From assembly GCA_902461525.1 (NCBI GenBank), contig CABPYD010000001.1, forward strand, positions 246,835 through 310,834: a stretch of 64,000 bases of DNA, in the 5' to 3' direction. The DNA comes from an uncultured Odoribacter sp. Lineage in GTDB: Bacteria > Bacteroidota > Bacteroidia > Bacteroidales > Marinifilaceae. The notes below the pieces were generated by a model, which was given only the letters and a program-made list of their open reading frames with translations, was not told the origin of the DNA and did not search any database. Both the position numbers and the translations under genes were made by a program. Shown here one piece after another: positions 1-7,985 of the stretch; position 1 is the first letter of the stretch; every line of letters starts with the position of its first letter.

Positions 1-1678
1 AGAAGGGGCTATCCCGATGTCAGTTATCGATGACCGGGTGAGGGATATTTTACGTGTGAAATTTTTGGTAGGATTGTTTGACCATCCTTATCAGACGGAT
101 TTAGAGAAAGCCGATCGGGTGGTGAATTGTGAGAAAAATCAGGCTGTGGCTCTTCAGGCTTCCAGGGAGTGTCTGGTGTTGTTGAAAAATGAAAATAAAA
201 CCTTACCGTTAAATCCGGATCAAATCAAAACCATTGCTGTTTGTGGCCCTAATGCCGATGAAAAATCCTATGCCCTGACCCATTATGGTCCGCTGGCTGT
301 TGAAGTGTCAACCGTGTTGAGTGGAGTGCGTGAGCGAATGGCCGGAAAAGCTGAAGTGTTGTATGCCAAAGGTTGTGATCTGGTCGATCCGCACTGGCCT
401 GAAAGTGAATTGGTGAATTTTCCGATGACTACAGAGGAAGAAAAGGGAATTGCCGAAGCGGTTGCAAATCTGTATAAGGCGGATGTGGGAGTTGTTGTGC
501 TTGGAGGCGGAGTTCGTACCTGCGGAGAGAATAAGTCGCGTTCCGGACTGGATTTGCCGGGACGCCAGCAACAGCTACTCGAAGCATTGGTTAAGACGGG
601 AAAACCCTTGGTGCTGGTTTTGATTAACGGGCGTCCGTTAACGATCAATTGGGCTGCTACTCATGTACCGGCTATTCTGGAAGCCTGGTATCCTGGTTCA
701 CAGGGAGGAAAAGCGATAGCTGAGGTGTTGTTCGGAGACTATAATCCCGGAGGGAAATTGACCGTAACCTTTCCAAAATCCGTAGGCCAGATTCCGTTTA
801 ATTTTCCGGCAAAACCGGCTTCTCAGGTTAACGGCGGGTCAAAACCGGGTATGCAAGGCAATCAGTCCAGGGTCAATGGGGCATTGTATCCTTTCGGATT
901 TGGATTGAGCTATACGACTTTTAAATATGAGAACCTGAAAATTGTTCCGGCAGAAATTACTCCTTACCAAGCTGTAACTGTCAGCTGGGATATTACCAAT
1001 ACCGGTGATCGTGAGGGGGATGAAGTAGTACAGTTGTATATTCGTGATGTGATCGGCTCGGTGACTACTTATGAAAAAAACTTACGTGGGTTTGAGCGTG
1101 TTCACTTGAAACCGGGGGAGATCCGCCGGGTGAAATTCACAGTACAACCCGAAGATCTGGCTCTTTATGATGAACGTCACGAATGGGTGGTCGAACCGGG
1201 TGAGTTCCGGGTGATGGCAGGAGCTTCTTCCGAAGATATTCGGTTAAAAGGTAGTTTCCAGGTGGTTCAGGCAGGACAACAGAGGACGGTGGCACAACAG
1301 AAAGATTATTGGGCTGCTTATTTGAGCGATAGTAAAGCCAGTCCTACAGTGAAGAATGTTATTGACAATGATTCAGAAACAGTTTGGAGAGGAGTGGCTG
1401 GAGAATATATTACCCTGTCTCTGAAGGAAAATGCTGAACCTTGTCAGGTAGATATCATTTGGGCAAATCCCAAACGGAGCGATGTGGAGTTTGAAATCCA
1501 GTTGTCTAGCGGAGGTGGCCAGTTCCTGCCTTTTTACCGGGGAAAGTACAGCGGTTCAGGCAAGCAACAAATGACCTATTCTTTTGACAAGAATGCAGCC
1601 AGCGATCTTCGCATTCTGATCACCAAAGGAGAGGCTTCCATAGCCCGTGTTCAACTGAAAGAATTTGTTTTGAATTAG
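1..1678 (+). CDS. Glycoside hydrolase family 3 (beta-glucosidase/BglX-like), 5'-truncated by the window edge. C-terminal alpha/beta + FnIII-like domains plus a terminal F5/8-type-C (discoidin)-like domain
   Basis: The frame-2 ORF runs from before the window to a TAG at 1676-1678. Motifs 'RVRDILRVKFLVGLFDHPY', 'LVLLKNENKTLPL', 'GRQQQLLEALVKTGKPLVLVLINGRPL' and 'FGFGLSYTTFKY' are typical of GH3. The tail 'NVIDNDSETVWRG' resembles a discoidin/F5-8C domain. Confidence 0.8.
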   Translation, partial: EGAIPMSVIDDRVRDILRVKFLVGLFDHPYQTDLEKADRVVNCEKNQAVALQASRECLVLLKNENKTLPLNPDQIKTIAVCGPNADEKSYALTHYGPLAVEVSTVLSGVRERMAGKAEVLYAKGCDLVDPHWPESELVNFPMTTEEEKGIAEAVANLYKADVGVVVLGGGVRTCGENKSRSGLDLPGRQQQLLEALVKTGKPLVLVLINGRPLTINWAATHVPAILEAWYPGSQGGKAIAEVLFGDYNPGGKLTVTFPKSVGQIPFNFPAKPASQVNGGSKPGMQGNQSRVNGALYPFGFGLSYTTFKYENLKIVPAEITPYQAVTVSWDITNTGDREGDEVVQLYIRDVIGSVTTYEKNLRGFERVHLKPGEIRRVKFTVQPEDLALYDERHEWVVEPGEFRVMAGASSEDIRLKGSFQVVQAGQQRTVAQQKDYWAAYLSDSKASPTVKNVIDNDSETVWRGVAGEYITLSLKENAEPCQVDIIWANPKRSDVEFEIQLSSGGGQFLPFYRGKYSGSGKQQMTYSFDKNAASDLRILITKGEASIARVQLKEFVLN

Positions 1679-1702
1679 GAGGTGGACAGCCTTCTTGCTA
1701 AA

Positions 1703-3532
1703 ATGAAAATAATGAAAAGATTTTTATGCCTGTTTTGTTTTTTTATTTCAGCTCTGTTTGTTTCAGGGCAGGAAATCGCTCCGGTTGTAATAGACCGTTT
1801 GTCTTCCCATCCCCGTTTGTTGTTTTTGCAAGGGCAGGAGAAAATATTGAAAAAGAAAATAAAAAAAGATCCCCTTGTTGCCCGTATTTACGAGCGATTG
1901 TTGCAGGAAGCGGATCAATTGCTGGAAGTTCCGGTGCAACCTTATGGTTTGACGGAAGGATATGTGAATAATATGTTGCAACTAAGCCGTGAGCAGATTT
2001 ACCGGATGATTACTTTGTCGCTGGCTTACCGGATGACTCGTGATGATCGATATCTCACCAAAGGAGAGGAAGAACTGGTCAATGTATGTAATTATCCAAA
2101 CTGGAATCCCCGTCATTATCTGGATGTAGCTGAAATGACTGCGGCAGTGGCGATTGCTTATGATTGGTTGTACGATGATTTAAAACCTGCGACACGCCAA
2201 TTAGTGAAAAAGGCTATTCAGACAAATGCCTTAACCCATGCTGTAAAGGAATATGCCCAGGGAGGACTTGGTTCATGGGCGAAACGGGAAACAAATTGGA
2301 ATGTCGTTTGTAATGCGGGCATGGTGATGGGGGCTTTAGCGATTGCAGAAGAAGATACCGGATTGGCTGAAGAGATTATCAGGAATGCAGTGAAGTTTGT
2401 ACCCAATTATCTCCGTTCATTTGCTCCGGACGGTGTGTGCTATGAAGGTCCTGCTTATTGGGAATATGCAAATAGTTATTTGGCTTTGATGCTTTCCGTT
2501 CTGAATGATAATTTGGGTCAGGACTTTGGTTTGTCCGGTTTACCGGGAATTGATCAGACAGCTTTATATTATGTACATTCCACCAGTCCTGCCGGTAGGA
2601 TATTTAATTTTGCGAATTGCGGAAGTAGTGCTTCTCCGGCGGCAAATCCTGCTTATTTTTTCTTTAGCAGACATTTCCGACAGCCTGAGGTGGCTGCATT
2701 TTATAGACAACTGCTGGGGGGATATTTGGAAAGAGGAAACTTGCCACGCTGGTTTTTCTTCCTGGCTTTACCCTGGTTTGATGATGCCTTATATCAGGTG
2801 ACACGGGATATGGCAAGGTTGGATGTTTATAAAAGTATTAATGATATTGCTGTTTTAAGAGGATTTCCGGATACCCCTCATGCTATCTGGTTAATTGCTA
2901 AAGGTGGTGATCCGGATAATGCACACCAACAGATGGATGTAGGGACTTTCATTGTAGAGACCGACGGGGTGCGGTGGAGTGACGATCCGGGAGCGGATAG
3001 TTATGATTTGCCTGGTTTCTGGGACGGTCGTCCCGATGGTAAGCGATGGACTTATTTCCGGAATAATAATTTTAGTCACAATACTTTAGCTATTGATGGA
3101 AAAATTCAATATGCAGCCGGCGAGGGAAAAATTATAACCTATGATAAAAATAGTAGTCAGCCTTATTTCGTTATCGATATGACTTCGGTTTATCAGGGGC
3201 AGGCTCAGGCTGTGAAGCGGACTTTTACACTTACGGATGACAAGACGGTTACGGTGACAGATCGGGTTGATCTGCTGAATGACAAACAGGAAATCACTTG
3301 GAATATGATCACGCAAGCTCAGGTGAGTTGTGAAGGAAATGTTGCCCGCTTGTCTAAAGACGGTAAAAAATTCCGGTTGACAATTTTAGCACCTGAGAAC
3401 GCTGTTTTTTTGACAAAGCCGGCCAAAACGACTTCTGATAAGGAGTATCCCTTAATTGGATATGTTTTGTTACAAACTAAGGTTAGCGGTAGTCAGGAAA
3501 TGGAAATTAAAGTGCAAATGAATGCAGAATAA
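1703..3532 (+). CDS. Heparinase II/III-like protein (alginate-lyase-like (alpha/alpha) toroid + heparinase II/III C-terminal beta-sandwich), secreted
   Basis: The 616-aa ORF begins at a GTG (1682). The first ATG at 1703 gives the signal peptide MKIMKRFLCLFCFFISALFVSGQ. An N-terminal alpha-helical region ('NWNVVCNAGMVMGALAIAEED') is followed by a C-terminal region ('DVGTFIVETDGVRWSDDPG...YFRNNNFSHNTLAIDGKIQ') that matches the heparinase II/III-like family pattern. Confidence 0.65.
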   Translation: MKIMKRFLCLFCFFISALFVSGQEIAPVVIDRLSSHPRLLFLQGQEKILKKKIKKDPLVARIYERLLQEADQLLEVPVQPYGLTEGYVNNMLQLSREQIYRMITLSLAYRMTRDDRYLTKGEEELVNVCNYPNWNPRHYLDVAEMTAAVAIAYDWLYDDLKPATRQLVKKAIQTNALTHAVKEYAQGGLGSWAKRETNWNVVCNAGMVMGALAIAEEDTGLAEEIIRNAVKFVPNYLRSFAPDGVCYEGPAYWEYANSYLALMLSVLNDNLGQDFGLSGLPGIDQTALYYVHSTSPAGRIFNFANCGSSASPAANPAYFFFSRHFRQPEVAAFYRQLLGGYLERGNLPRWFFFLALPWFDDALYQVTRDMARLDVYKSINDIAVLRGFPDTPHAIWLIAKGGDPDNAHQQMDVGTFIVETDGVRWSDDPGADSYDLPGFWDGRPDGKRWTYFRNNNFSHNTLAIDGKIQYAAGEGKIITYDKNSSQPYFVIDMTSVYQGQAQAVKRTFTLTDDKTVTVTDRVDLLNDKQEITWNMITQAQVSCEGNVARLSKDGKKFRLTILAPENAVFLTKPAKTTSDKEYPLIGYVLLQTKVSGSQEMEIKVQMNAE

Positions 3533-3659
3533 TTCACAGGGACGAAGCTTTTGAATTGTTTTAAATTATAAGAAAATTGTATATTAAAATCATGAATATA
3601 TGTATTGAATAATTCGTATGGAAAGATTAAGTTTGCAAAAAAGGATAAAATAGATTAAG

Positions 3660-3691
3660 ATAGCTCAAAACTTCTGTCTTCTCGGAGCTAT
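3660..3691. repeat. Intergenic hairpin repeat, variant copy (stem atagctc/gagctat, pyrimidine-rich loop)
   Basis: The palindromic ends atagctc...gagctat flank a loop aaaacttctgtcttctcg. It aligns to the other family members, for example atagcacaaaagccccgtccccgtgtgctat. Confidence 0.4.
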
Positions 3692-3735
3692 TCGATGTGT
3701 TTGTTTTTTATGAGACAGGGTGTGGATAAAAAGAG

Positions 3736-3766
3736 ATAGCACACGGGGACGGGGCTTTTGTGCTAT
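3736..3766. repeat. Intergenic hairpin repeat, copy A (atagcacacggggacggggcttttgtgctat)
   Basis: This 31-nt element has an 8-bp inverted-repeat stem (atagcaca/tgtgctat) and a 15-nt loop. It is identical to 14884..14914 and is the reverse complement (one mismatch) of 19702..19731. Confidence 0.7.
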
Positions 3767-3864
3767 TGGAAAGTTGGTGGAAAACAGGATCTGAGAAATA
3801 TAAAACTAAATCTGAAAAGATTGGGACGGAATAGTTAGCAATAAATGGGAAATATGGCTTAAAA

Positions 3865-3895
3865 ATAACTCAAAAGCTCCGTCCCTGTGAGTTAT
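3865..3895. repeat. Intergenic hairpin repeat, variant copy in inverted orientation (ataactcaaaagctccgtccctgtgagttat)
   Basis: The loop is the same as the family loop (cagggacggagcttt on the opposite strand). The stem is a different 8 bp (ataactca/tgagttat) and is fully complementary, so the changes are compensatory. Confidence 0.6.
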
Positions 3896-3919
3896 TTGGG
3901 CTGAAATTCAAAAAAGATT

Positions 3920-5446
3920 ATGAAAGTAGTACAAACATGGCTGGTAGCTGCATTATGCTGTATCGGAGTTAATCTGATGGCTCAGACTTCTTCGTATTCT
4001 ACACAAGCAATTACGAAGGATTTGAATTATTTTACGGATTGGACCGCTTCTGCCTTGGTGCAGGGGTTTAAGAGTAAACAACTGAAAGAGTTTCGGAGTC
4101 CTTTGATGAAGCAATTGGCTACTGAGATGATGGAAGGAAAATATCAGACAAACTATTTGTTGAATAATTATAAGCCGGTCGCATCCAATAAAGTGTTGGA
4201 AAAATCGTTGAAATTGTCTGATGGATATAGCCGTTACGAGAATATGACCGGTGTATATCTGGAGCGGGGAGAGAATGTGGTGTTGGTAGGGGACTTGCAC
4301 GGACGTCAGATCAGTTTACTGATTCCGGATTGGAATCGTCAGCCCACTCCGGGCTTTGAACCAACTAAAGATCCGGAGGGCTGGGGATTGAAAAAGCAGG
4401 AAATTCCTTTACATGAAGGAGTTAATGTCATTTTTGTGAATAAAGCAGGTAATGTTTACCTCAATTATTTTGCTGATGAACCTGAGACCGCTCCTCAGGT
4501 GACCCTGCATTTTATTACAGGAAAAGCAAATGGTTATTTTGATGCTACTATCCAGAGTAATGAGGACTGGAATAAGTTGTTGGACAGTGCTGTGAGTCCT
4601 GTTATGGATGTGAAAACCAAGTATATGCAATTGGCTTATCCGGTGAAATATCTCAAACAGTTTGCTTACGGAAAAGGGAAAGAACTGGCTGGAGATTATG
4701 ACAAAATTATGTCCTTGCAATATAAATTTTCCGGTGCTTTGAAATATAACCGTATTCCGGACAAGCGTATCCTGGCACGTGTGAATTATAATTATTTTAT
4801 GTTCCGGGATGGAGACGGAGTGGCTTTTCTGGGAAATGAAGGTACTATGAAATCGGCTGTGGGACCTGATATTTCCAGAGATTGGGGAGTAAATCATGAA
4901 ATTGGCCATGTTATGCAGATGAGACCGCAGTTGACTTGGGGAGGGATGACGGAAGTGAGTAATAATCTCTTTACTATGTACGTCACAACCCAGTTGGGAT
5001 CATCCAGTCGTTTGAGTAAAACTTATGAGGGGGCATTTAAGGAGGTTCTTGATGCTGAGGAGAAGCCATTTATCATGTGTGTGGGTGATCCTTTCCGTAA
5101 ATTAGTGCCTTTCTGGCAATTGCATGTTTATTTTGACAAAAAGGGATACAAGGATTTCTATGCCGATGTAATGGAATATATGCGTAAACATCCGCATAAA
5201 GGAACCGGGAATGCTTCCATTAACAATATGTACGAGTTTATCAAAATATGCTGTGATCTTACTAAAACGAATTTGACAGACTTTTTTGAGGCTTGGGGAT
5301 TTTTCGTGACTGGTAAGTTTGAAGTGGGAGATTATGGTCATTATGTATATGATATTACTCCTAAAATGATAGAAGAAACCAAGAATTATGTGGCTTCCAA
5401 AAACTATCCCAAACCTGATCAGGATATCACCCGTCTGACTGATTGA
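3920..5446 (+). CDS. M60-like (enhancin-like) zinc metallopeptidase, secreted
   Basis: An ATG at 3920 opens the signal peptide MKVVQTWLVAALCCIGVNLMAQT. The HEXXH...E motif 'WGVNHEIGHVMQMRPQLTWGGMTEVSNN' matches the M60-like/PF13402 signature. Confidence 0.7.
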   Translation: MKVVQTWLVAALCCIGVNLMAQTSSYSTQAITKDLNYFTDWTASALVQGFKSKQLKEFRSPLMKQLATEMMEGKYQTNYLLNNYKPVASNKVLEKSLKLSDGYSRYENMTGVYLERGENVVLVGDLHGRQISLLIPDWNRQPTPGFEPTKDPEGWGLKKQEIPLHEGVNVIFVNKAGNVYLNYFADEPETAPQVTLHFITGKANGYFDATIQSNEDWNKLLDSAVSPVMDVKTKYMQLAYPVKYLKQFAYGKGKELAGDYDKIMSLQYKFSGALKYNRIPDKRILARVNYNYFMFRDGDGVAFLGNEGTMKSAVGPDISRDWGVNHEIGHVMQMRPQLTWGGMTEVSNNLFTMYVTTQLGSSSRLSKTYEGAFKEVLDAEEKPFIMCVGDPFRKLVPFWQLHVYFDKKGYKDFYADVMEYMRKHPHKGTGNASINNMYEFIKICCDLTKTNLTDFFEAWGFFVTGKFEVGDYGHYVYDITPKMIEETKNYVASKNYPKPDQDITRLTD

Positions 5447-5557
5447 TGTGAACAAGAGGACAGTGTTTTTGTTTACATGAATAAAATATTTTAAGATGAA
5501 GTCATTGCTGGTCTGGTAGGTTTTTGCTTATAAACTGAAACAAAGGGACGAGGGGTG

Positions 5558-7903
5558 ATGTTTTATATGATGAGGTGGTATATTATAGTTGTTGTTTGTC
5601 TGTCGTTTGCTGTTCCGTTGTCTGCACAGACTTGGAGGGAAATATTGGAAAGGCAGCAAATAGAGTTTACGGCACCGCCGCAGCGGATTCCGGTCCGTTA
5701 TGCGGTGGATGCCCCTTTATTGGGGAATGGTTACACGGGAATTGCCATTGGTGGAGATGCGGCCAGGCAGACTTTTTACATCGCGCGTAATGATTTTTGG
5801 CGTTTGAAGTCAGCCCTGGACGAGTCTTTTCCAGCTGTATTGGGAAAAATAGAATTGCAGATTCCTCAATTACAGCATGCTACCTGGAAAGTCAGGCAAC
5901 ATTTGGCAGAGGCAATCACTTCGGGTTTTTTCCGGAAGGGTAGCTGTGCATTGACTTATTCGCTTTATGTGGCTGCGACCCGGGATGCTATGGTGTTGGA
6001 ATTGTGTAATAATGGGGAGGATACTCTGCAATTGAAATGTGTATTACTTCCTCCCGGTAAACAGGAAATTTATGTGAATCCTCCGGACGAACGGGCATTT
6101 CCTGATGTGATTGAAGTGGGCCAGCAACTGGGATGCTCCACGTTGATGCGGGCATTTCGCGAAGAGGTGGATATTCCCACCGAGGCAGTGGCTGTAATGA
6201 ATATTGTGGGGAGACAGGACAGCGTATTTTGTTTATCTCCTGCTGAAAAGCAAATTGTAGTGGTTACTTTTGCCAGTAATTTTACAACGCGACATCCGAT
6301 GGCCGCGGCTATTCGGTCGGCCCGGCAATTGACCCGGCTGGGGCTTTTGGAACGATTGCGTCAGCAACATCTCGGGTGGTGGGCGGAATATTGGCAAAAA
6401 TCCTATATTTCTATTCCTTTGCCGGATCTGGAAAGGCAATATTATCTTTCGCTTTATGGTATGGCCTGCTGTAGTCGTCAGGCAGAATTTCCGCCTTCTA
6501 TTTTCGGAACATGGATTACGGCCGAACGACCTTGGTGGAACGGGGATTACCATTTGAATTACAATCACATGGCACCTTATTATGCACTTTTCAGTGCAAA
6601 CCGGCTGGAACAGGCTTTGCCTTATACTTATTCCATGCTCCGTCAGCGGGAACGTGGTTGCTATTATGCAGAGAAAGTATGTCGTATTCCGGATGGAATC
6701 CTGCTTCCTGTAGGGGTAGGGCCGTTGGGAATAGAAACTACCCGTCTGACGGATTGGGTGAAGCAGCATCGTCCGGAGCAAATTATACAGGAGGATCTTC
6801 AAGATGGGGGATATTTTTGGGGACAAAAGAGTAATTCGGCTTATGCGGTGACTAATATGTCGATGCATTTTTACCGTACCTGGGATAAAGCGTATGCCCG
6901 TCTTGTCTATCCTTTTGTGAAAGGAGTGGCAACATTCTGGAAAAATTATCTGGTGAAAGAGCATGGACGTTATGTCATTTATAACGATGCAATACATGAA
7001 GGTTCGGTAGGTGATATGAATTCTGTTTTATCCCTGGCCTTGGTTCGTCTGGTAATGCAGACAGCTACGGATATGAGTCTGCTGTTGCATCGGGACAAAC
7101 AAGAGCGGGAGTGTTGGGGAGAAATCATGGAGCATTTATCTGGTTTTCCAACCCAGCAACGCAATGGGAAACGGGTATTCCGCTATGCGGAGCGTGGGAC
7201 GGCCTGGTGGGGTGGGAATACATTGGGGATTCAGCCGGTGTATCCGGCTGGACAGGTGGGACGTTTCAGCGATACGGCTCTTTTGCAGACAGCCTTGAAC
7301 ACAGTGGAGGTGATGCAACGTTGGATGGACAGTAACGGGGCAAATAGTTTTTTCCCGGCAGCGGTTCGGGTAAATTATCCTGCTGATTCTATCCTTGTGC
7401 AACTCCGCAAATATGCCGGGGCTACTTATCCGAATGGATTTCGGCGTGGAAATCCCCATGGGATAGAGAATCTGAGCACAGTCCCCAATACCGTCAATGA
7501 AATGCTTTGTTCAGGTCATCAGGATCGATTGGTCTTGTTTCCCTGTTGGCCAAGGGAGGTGGATGCCGAATTTCATGATATCCGTGTTGAGGGAGCTTTC
7601 CTCGTGTCGGCAAACCTAAGAGACGGGATGGTTTCAGGAGTCCGGTTGGTAAGTGAGCGTGGACGTGAAGTTTACATGCTCAATCCGTGGCCGGGAATGC
7701 AGGTGGAGATCAATCATGGGAAAAGAAAAATAATTTTATCGGGAGATTGGTTATGTTTCCTTACCCGAAAAGGGGAAAAAATAAATTTGGTTCCGATTGA
7801 TGAAGGGAAGTTCATTGAACCAATAAATGGAAAGGAAGTAAATCATGAAAAAATGTATGTAAATCATGAAAAAATGCAACATGAAATAAAGAGAGAAGAA
7901 TAA
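5558..7903 (+). CDS. GH95-like (alpha-L-fucosidase/alpha-L-galactosidase family) glycoside hydrolase, secreted
   Basis: The signal peptide is MFYMMRWYIIVVVCLSFAVPLSAQ. An N-terminal 'LLGNGYTGIAIGG...QTFYIARNDFW' resembles the GH95 N-terminal domain ('P+GNG.+G..+.G......N.D..W'). 'WITAERPWWNGDYHLNYNHMAPYY' resembles the GH95 catalytic-barrel motif 'W.G.Y.ININ.QMNYW'. Confidence 0.5.
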   Translation: MFYMMRWYIIVVVCLSFAVPLSAQTWREILERQQIEFTAPPQRIPVRYAVDAPLLGNGYTGIAIGGDAARQTFYIARNDFWRLKSALDESFPAVLGKIELQIPQLQHATWKVRQHLAEAITSGFFRKGSCALTYSLYVAATRDAMVLELCNNGEDTLQLKCVLLPPGKQEIYVNPPDERAFPDVIEVGQQLGCSTLMRAFREEVDIPTEAVAVMNIVGRQDSVFCLSPAEKQIVVVTFASNFTTRHPMAAAIRSARQLTRLGLLERLRQQHLGWWAEYWQKSYISIPLPDLERQYYLSLYGMACCSRQAEFPPSIFGTWITAERPWWNGDYHLNYNHMAPYYALFSANRLEQALPYTYSMLRQRERGCYYAEKVCRIPDGILLPVGVGPLGIETTRLTDWVKQHRPEQIIQEDLQDGGYFWGQKSNSAYAVTNMSMHFYRTWDKAYARLVYPFVKGVATFWKNYLVKEHGRYVIYNDAIHEGSVGDMNSVLSLALVRLVMQTATDMSLLLHRDKQERECWGEIMEHLSGFPTQQRNGKRVFRYAERGTAWWGGNTLGIQPVYPAGQVGRFSDTALLQTALNTVEVMQRWMDSNGANSFFPAAVRVNYPADSILVQLRKYAGATYPNGFRRGNPHGIENLSTVPNTVNEMLCSGHQDRLVLFPCWPREVDAEFHDIRVEGAFLVSANLRDGMVSGVRLVSERGREVYMLNPWPGMQVEINHGKRKIILSGDWLCFLTRKGEKINLVPIDEGKFIEPINGKEVNHEKMYVNHEKMQHEIKREE

Positions 7904-7985
7904 GTTTGTAAGACAAGAGGGGAAAGAAACTGTTGGGGATAAAGTGTTGTAAACTATTGGGGTGTGTAATAATGGATTTTGGGTT

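Noticed and set aside
6233-6997. 254-aa minus-strand ORF inside the GH95-like gene
   Set aside because: It is antisense to a motif-supported plus-strand CDS. It is spurious.
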